Positions 58,018 through 59,293 of a DNA stretch of 59,293 nucleotides are shown piece after piece. Made by a program: the position numbers and the translations under genes. Under the pieces are notes generated by a model, which saw only the letters and a list, made by a program, of their open reading frames with translations, was not told the origin of the DNA and did no database searches. Each line of letters opens with the position of its first letter. Within the stretch, counting starts at the first letter, position 1. The DNA comes from Acidimicrobiales bacterium. GTDB lineage: Bacteria; Actinomycetota; Acidimicrobiia; Acidimicrobiales; UBA8190. The stretch is from the NCBI GenBank assembly GCA_049514335.1, contig JBEKVE010000004.1:1-59293 (forward strand), in the 5' to 3' direction.

Positions 58018-58090
58018 GGGGCCGTAGCTCAGTGGTCAGAGCAGGGGACTCATAATCCCTGGGTCGGAGGTTCGATCCCTCCCGGCCCCA
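58018..58090 (+). tRNA. tRNA-Met (anticodon CAU; elongator type, though lysidine-modified tRNA-Ile2 is not excluded)
   Basis: The sequence is GGGGCCGTAGCTCAGTGGTCAGAGCAGGGGACTCATAATCCCTGGGTCGGAGGTTCGATCCCTCCCGGCCCCA. The G1:C72 pair and the A31:U39 pair argue against an initiator tRNA. Confidence 0.9.
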
Positions 58091-58176
58091 CGGGCCGGGC
58101 TTCGGCACCGGCGCCGGATCGTGACCGGTGCGTGCGGGCCTGTGCTCGCGGGCGCAGGACACCGACAGGAGGGTCA

Positions 58177-58545
58177 GTGGACATCGAGGAGTTCTACGAG
58201 GCCGACGAGCGCCGGCGCCGCTCGGAGGAGATCGAGCTGGGCACCGACTGGCACGACGGGCACGGCGTTCGCTACGAGGTGTCGTGGGTGGCCGACACCG
58301 GTGAGCTCTACGTCATGCGGGAGCCCACGACCCTGTCGGTGGAGGACCCCTTCGGCGATGTCTTTCGCGGCACCGTGCCGGTGGGGGACCTGACGGTGGC
58401 CGTGGTCGGATGGGTGCCCGACCGCGACGACATGGAACAGGTCATGGCGGGGTGGGAGGAGGCCATCACGGCCCCCGACAGCATCTCGTGGTTGGCCGGC
58501 AGGCTCCGGGACGAGGGCGTGGCCCAGGCGCCCCCGACTCCCTGA
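58177..58545 (+). CDS. Hypothetical protein
   Basis: A CAGGAGGG motif precedes GTG 58177. The product reads VDIEEFYEADERRRRSEEIELGTDWHDGHGVRYEVSWVADTGELYVMRE.... Confidence 0.6.
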   Translation: MDIEEFYEADERRRRSEEIELGTDWHDGHGVRYEVSWVADTGELYVMREPTTLSVEDPFGDVFRGTVPVGDLTVAVVGWVPDRDDMEQVMAGWEEAITAPDSISWLAGRLRDEGVAQAPPTP

Positions 58546-58559
58546 CGCCGGACCGCGCC

Positions 58560-59240
58560 GTGCAGCCCAGCCTGAAGCTCCGGTCCGAGATCGTCCTCGG
58601 CGTCTTCGTCGTTCTCTTGGCGGGGGGCATCGCCCTGTCGCTCGCCACCGCTCCCCAGCTCGCCCCGCAGCAACTGCGGGTGGCCGCCGACGCCACCCTG
58701 GCCGCCCCGGGGTTCGTCCTCACCGACACCAACTCCGTCACCGCCCTGGGCGTGTCGGCGCCCCTGGCCGAGCGCACCCGGACCCAGGTGGTCCACGTCC
58801 TGTACGAGGCGCCCGACCGGGTGCGCGAGAGCGGCCCCGGTCCGAACGGCCAGACGCTGGCCGTGATCGTGGTGGGGGCGCGGCACTTCAGCCGCAGCGG
58901 CGGCCGATGGCAGGAGCTGGCGCCGAGCCCCGGCCTCGGCGCCGAGGCCGTGCAGACCGTGCTGTCGCCCCTGAAGGCCGCCGCGCAGGCCGTCAAGGTG
59001 GAGCGCCTGGGCGACAGCGGGTACCGGTTCCTGCCCGCCGACCTGGAGAGCTTCGTCACCACCATCCTGGGGACGAGCCCCTCGCAGCTGTCGTCGCTGC
59101 GCCTCACGGCCACGGTGGGGGGCGACTACCTGGTGGGGGAGCGGGTCACGGGCGTCCTCGGCCACGAACGGCTCGAGGTCGACATCAGCCTGAGCGCCAT
59201 CGGCTCGGCCCCGCCGGTGTCGGTGCCGCCGACGTCGTAA
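58560..59240 (+). CDS. Hypothetical membrane-anchored protein
   Basis: The start is GTG 58560 (uncertain). The product reads VQPSLKLRSEIVLGVFVVLLAGGIALSLA, followed by a soluble domain of about 190 aa. Confidence 0.55.
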   Translation: MQPSLKLRSEIVLGVFVVLLAGGIALSLATAPQLAPQQLRVAADATLAAPGFVLTDTNSVTALGVSAPLAERTRTQVVHVLYEAPDRVRESGPGPNGQTLAVIVVGARHFSRSGGRWQELAPSPGLGAEAVQTVLSPLKAAAQAVKVERLGDSGYRFLPADLESFVTTILGTSPSQLSSLRLTATVGGDYLVGERVTGVLGHERLEVDISLSAIGSAPPVSVPPTS

Positions 59241-59293
59241 GGGTCCGGCAGCGGGCGTGGGGTCGCCGGGACCGGGGACCGGCACCCGCCCCT

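Larger units (their letters stand above)
54806..58058. mobile_element. Small (about 3.2 kb) integrase-bearing integrated element inserted in the anticodon loop of tRNA-Met
   Basis: A 43-nt direct repeat (one mismatch) bounds a visibly lower-GC segment (sampled lines are about 55-57% GC). The segment holds a tyrosine integrase, a 75-aa ORF and a secreted-protein ORF. Copies of AGTAGGGCG cluster at both ends. Confidence 0.8.

Noticed and set aside
58018-58090. The CAU-anticodon tRNA could be an initiator tRNA-fMet.
   Set aside because: It has a paired G1:C72 end, and the anticodon stem has A31:U39 next to the loop. It lacks the three consecutive G:C pairs characteristic of bacterial initiators.

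Overview
This is a 59.3-kb, very GC-rich (about 70%) stretch of actinobacterial chromosome. The 'ASDGGVFAFG' repeat protein, F420/mycothiol-type genes and a PAC2 gene suggest an Acidimicrobiia-like lineage, but that is a guess. From about 19 kb to 54.6 kb it is a classical, mostly plus-strand housekeeping backbone: leuS, folP-holA, rpsT/lepA, hrcA-dnaJ-rsmE, phoH-ybeY-CBS/CorC-era, cspA, uppS-recO-hemW-glyQS, ppdK, dnaG-rpoD. The first 19 kb holds accessory-type metabolic and regulatory genes: an ArsR/SRPBCC pair, DinB-fold proteins, a Maf-GNAT fusion, an APH-fold kinase, a Tat-exported BBE-like FAD oxidase, an amidohydrolase, a frameshifted GGDEF sensor, an SDR, a serine hydrolase, a MarR-ABC efflux operon, and a lower-GC patch next to tRNA-Ala. 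RNA genes are tRNA-Ala(GGC), tRNA-Asn(GUU), tRNA-Met(CAU) and a truncated tRNA-Met copy. No rRNA or CRISPR array is present. I did not find a recognisable multi-gene novel defence or biosynthetic system. The best leads are these:
1. A small ORF encodes a 22-triplet (Ser-x-x)n peptide and is stop/start-coupled to the serine hydrolase gene.
2. A 3.2-kb integrase element sits in tRNA-Met and duplicates the 5' half of the tRNA rather than the 3' half. It carries clustered AGTAGGGCG arm-like repeats.
3. The pyruvate phosphate dikinase carries a roughly 165-aa histone-H1-like Ala/Lys/Arg/Pro tail.
4. An orphan intrinsic terminator with SD/anti-SD-like alternative pairings lies between dinG and cspA and may mark an sRNA or riboregulator.
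All functional calls come from reading motifs in the translations. No database search was run.
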